The position numbers and the translations under genes are program-made. DNA of 64,000 bases from Mustelus asterias. Lineage: Eukaryota. The stretch is taken from NCBI RefSeq assembly GCF_964213995.1, contig NW_027590120.1, positions 1,364,001 to 1,428,000 on the forward strand, read 5' to 3'. The notes beneath the pieces were generated by a model. It saw only the letters and a program-made list of their open reading frames with translations. It ran no database searches and was not told the DNA's origin. Below, piece after piece: positions 61,418 to 64,000 of this stretch (position 1 is the first letter of the stretch; the number at the start of each line of letters is the position of its first letter).

Positions 61418-61725
61418 GCCACGGTGGCAGAGTGGTTAGTACTGTTGGCTCACATCACCAGGCAACGGGTTCGATTCCCAGCTGGGTCACTGTCTGTGTG
61501 GAGTTTCCACATTCTCCTGCGTGGGATTCCTTTGGGTGCACCGGTTTCCTTCCACAGTCCAAAGATATGCTGATTACGTTGATGGCCATGCTAAATTGAC
61601 ACTGAGTGCCAGGGGGATTCGCAGGGTAAATAGGAGGGGTTATAGTGTTAGGGCTTGAGTGGGATTGTGGTTGGTGCACGCTTGATGGGCCGAATGGCTT
61701 TCTCCTTCGTTGTGTGATTCTATGT
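61418..61725 (+). mobile_element. HE1-type V-SINE (further copies at about 24140-24310 -, 44405-44695 +, 49700-49990 -, 50590-50865 -, 52702-52800 -, 53590-53950 +)
   Basis: tRNA head with GGGTTCGATTCCC, V domain and CR1-like tail, matching 9508-9838. Confidence 0.8.
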
Positions 61726-64000
61726 TCAATCAGCTAAATATTTTCACAGTGTCAGAGAATCATAGAAACTACACTAGCCCAATTCGTTCTCCGAGATTGG
61801 GCGTGCTTATGGCGTTTGCTCGTCGCAATAGGCGAGGAGAATCGTGCTGGGGGGATGTTAATTATTCTTATCAACACAAAGCTCTTTTGTCAGACCGCAG
61901 TAGGGAGAGGGAGAATTCGGCAGAGTGCAAATCATCATCCGGTTCAGGAATTAGGGACCAATAAGAGGATGTAAAGCATACTTTGTGCTGTGGAAAACCA
62001 TTCAGCAATAGTAAGCTGAACACTCTCATGCGACGATAGGGGTGAGCGTGATTGGTCTCAACTTGAAGTAAATGCACATTAGCTGAGATTGCTCTCCACA
62101 CAGCCAATAACGTAATACACTGTGCAGACAAAAAAAAAGATGAGGGGGCTTCATAAGCATTAAAAGAAAGTGATAGATAAATTGAAACCGCTCAATGAGC
62201 AAGGAGCACCTTGTGTTTGAAAGGACGGGACAGAAGCTGGATTTGGACAGCGGATCAATGATGGCACAATGATATTGGAGGATTGGTAGCTCTCCTCTGT
62301 TTACTGAACAAGCACAATCTGATGACGACTGTATTTCCAACAACACACAAGGTTGACATCAACAGGGAAAATAATCCATCCATATACAACAGCATTCAGT
62401 GCCCCCACCTTGGACTGACAGTGGCAGTACCGTGCAGAATCTACAATTTCCATTGTACCAACCTAAAAGGTCCCCATGGACAGCACCATTCAATTTTGTG
62501 CCTTCTATATTTTCGATGGACAAGAATAGCAGATGCATGGGAACTTCATCGCCTGCAGGTTACTGTCCACATCACACAGCATCCTATATCAGAAAAATAT
62601 TGCCCTTAATCTATTATTGCTGGGTGAACATCCTGTAATTTATTTCCTCGCCAGTGTGTGTGTGAACGTATAACACATGGTCTGCCAACATTCAAGAAAG
62701 CGGCTCACTGCCACTTTCAAAAATGTCAATTAGGGATAAACAATAAATTCTGCCCTGCTCAGCGAAACCTACATCACGTAAAATAATATAAATTTCGGCA
62801 CACCTCTTGTTCAAAAATGATTATCTTGCACTTAGTGGAGCCTTCGATGTCTCTTTCAACACAGCAAGTTGTGTATGGGGAGAATCATCAATTTCGAAAT
62901 GTAAAAGTGCACGGAACTGTTTCCCCATCAGAAATCCATGTTGGACCCCGTTCTCAAATTATTAGGTTTGCGTATGGTATTGACTTTCTGCTTTGCAGCA
63001 GACCACATATCTGTTCTCCTGAATGGCCCCTGTAACCCTCCGTTCTGAAAGTGTTTGTCCATGTATTATGTGACACTTGATAGAAGGCTTTTTGCAAATG
63101 TTGATAAAATGCATCCATATTACCATTTACTTGAATGCATGTAAACGCCACAAAATATCAATGAATTCGCTCAAAAAAACGCTTTCCATTTCGAAACTGG
63201 CGTTGCATATTAAACACAACATATCTGTGTTTTCTATCTTGCCACATTTTCCCATTGATGAATGATTTCGCTGGTTTCTCCCCGAGAATGATAAACTGAT
63301 CCATAGACACTGGTTATCATGCATGTGTTGTATTTTTGCATAGAGACATAACGTGTGCAAACAATATATTCTCCACACGACACTTGCTCCAGCCGAATTA
63401 TTAAATATATGCAGCACTGCCTCTTCTATCGCTTTGCTCGATGAGTATTAAATAAACAGATGAAACGCGCCTGGGTCAGATGTCTGATCACTTCAAGTTT
63501 CATTTCTAAACGCATTGCATTTGTGCTTTAAGTTATTTTACTTGATATTTTCCTTCGACCTTTTTATATCATGTCAACCTGGTTTGTTCCAAGAACAAAT
63601 ACGCACATGTTTCGTATTGCTGCAGTTCTGCTGTTGCTTCTTGTGTTTTTATCTGACCAAGGTTTACAGACCAATCTCCATCGATAACTTCGGTATTTCA
63701 AAATACTTCTTGTTCATTTGATTTCTCTTTTACTTCGGAATCCTCATTATCCAGACTTGCATACTTGTTCCCGCTTCTCATTATCACTTCGACTGTGCAT
63801 ATATGTGTTAAGTTGCGTTCAGTAGTAGCACTTTGTGCATTAAGTCATATATGAATGTGTAGTAGACGATCGTTTACAGTCAGTCATGTAACTGTCCAGT
63901 GCCGCGAATGACCTTGTGCTTCTAACAGCAACTATAGCATGCAAGAACTAAAGCAGGACATGCAGTTAGATAGCATAGAGATCTGCAGTTAATTTGAATA

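Noticed and set aside
60110-64000. Stop-interrupted, coding-looking frames (for example minus strand 63850-63500, E/K-rich; plus strand 60207-60446; minus strand 61871-62131)
   Set aside because: No recognisable domain or consistent exon structure. tBLASTx would be needed.
1-64000. CRISPR arrays, rRNA genes or prokaryotic operons
   Set aside because: None seen. The sequence is vertebrate, and its periodic repeats are explained by zinc fingers, tRNA units and microsatellites.

Overview
Eukaryotic genomic DNA from a cartilaginous fish, most likely a shark. This is inferred from HE1-type V-SINEs, abundant CR1 LINEs, Penelope elements and a MEKPWKC-type zinc-finger gene. The window is a repeat-rich, rearranged mosaic with six parts. 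(1) Three 5' exons of an intron-containing EMC4 copy with a frameshift (minus strand, 51-1243). (2) A 14-finger C2H2 zinc-finger gene built from a 3-finger repeat (12045-13250). (3) A cluster of five T-cell receptor alpha/delta-type V segments at 14.3-22.3 kb. One has an intact leader, V exon and 23-bp-spacer RSS; four are pseudogenes, one of them inverted. No D, J or C segment was found in the window. (4) A decaying tRNA cluster with about 3 near-intact genes (Val-AAC, Leu-TAG, Thr-TGT) and more than 20 pseudogenes, organised in duplicated and inverted blocks. It includes two tRNA-Pro(TGG) pseudogenes that both carry an 18-nt insert at the canonical intron position. (5) An unidentified strand-biased 2.6-kb segment ending in degenerate TTAGGG repeats. 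(6) An intact two-exon GPR139/GPR142-like class A GPCR (52945-56017). Penelope termini carry minimal hammerhead ribozyme motifs. All calls were made by eye with no database search, and repeat boundaries are approximate.
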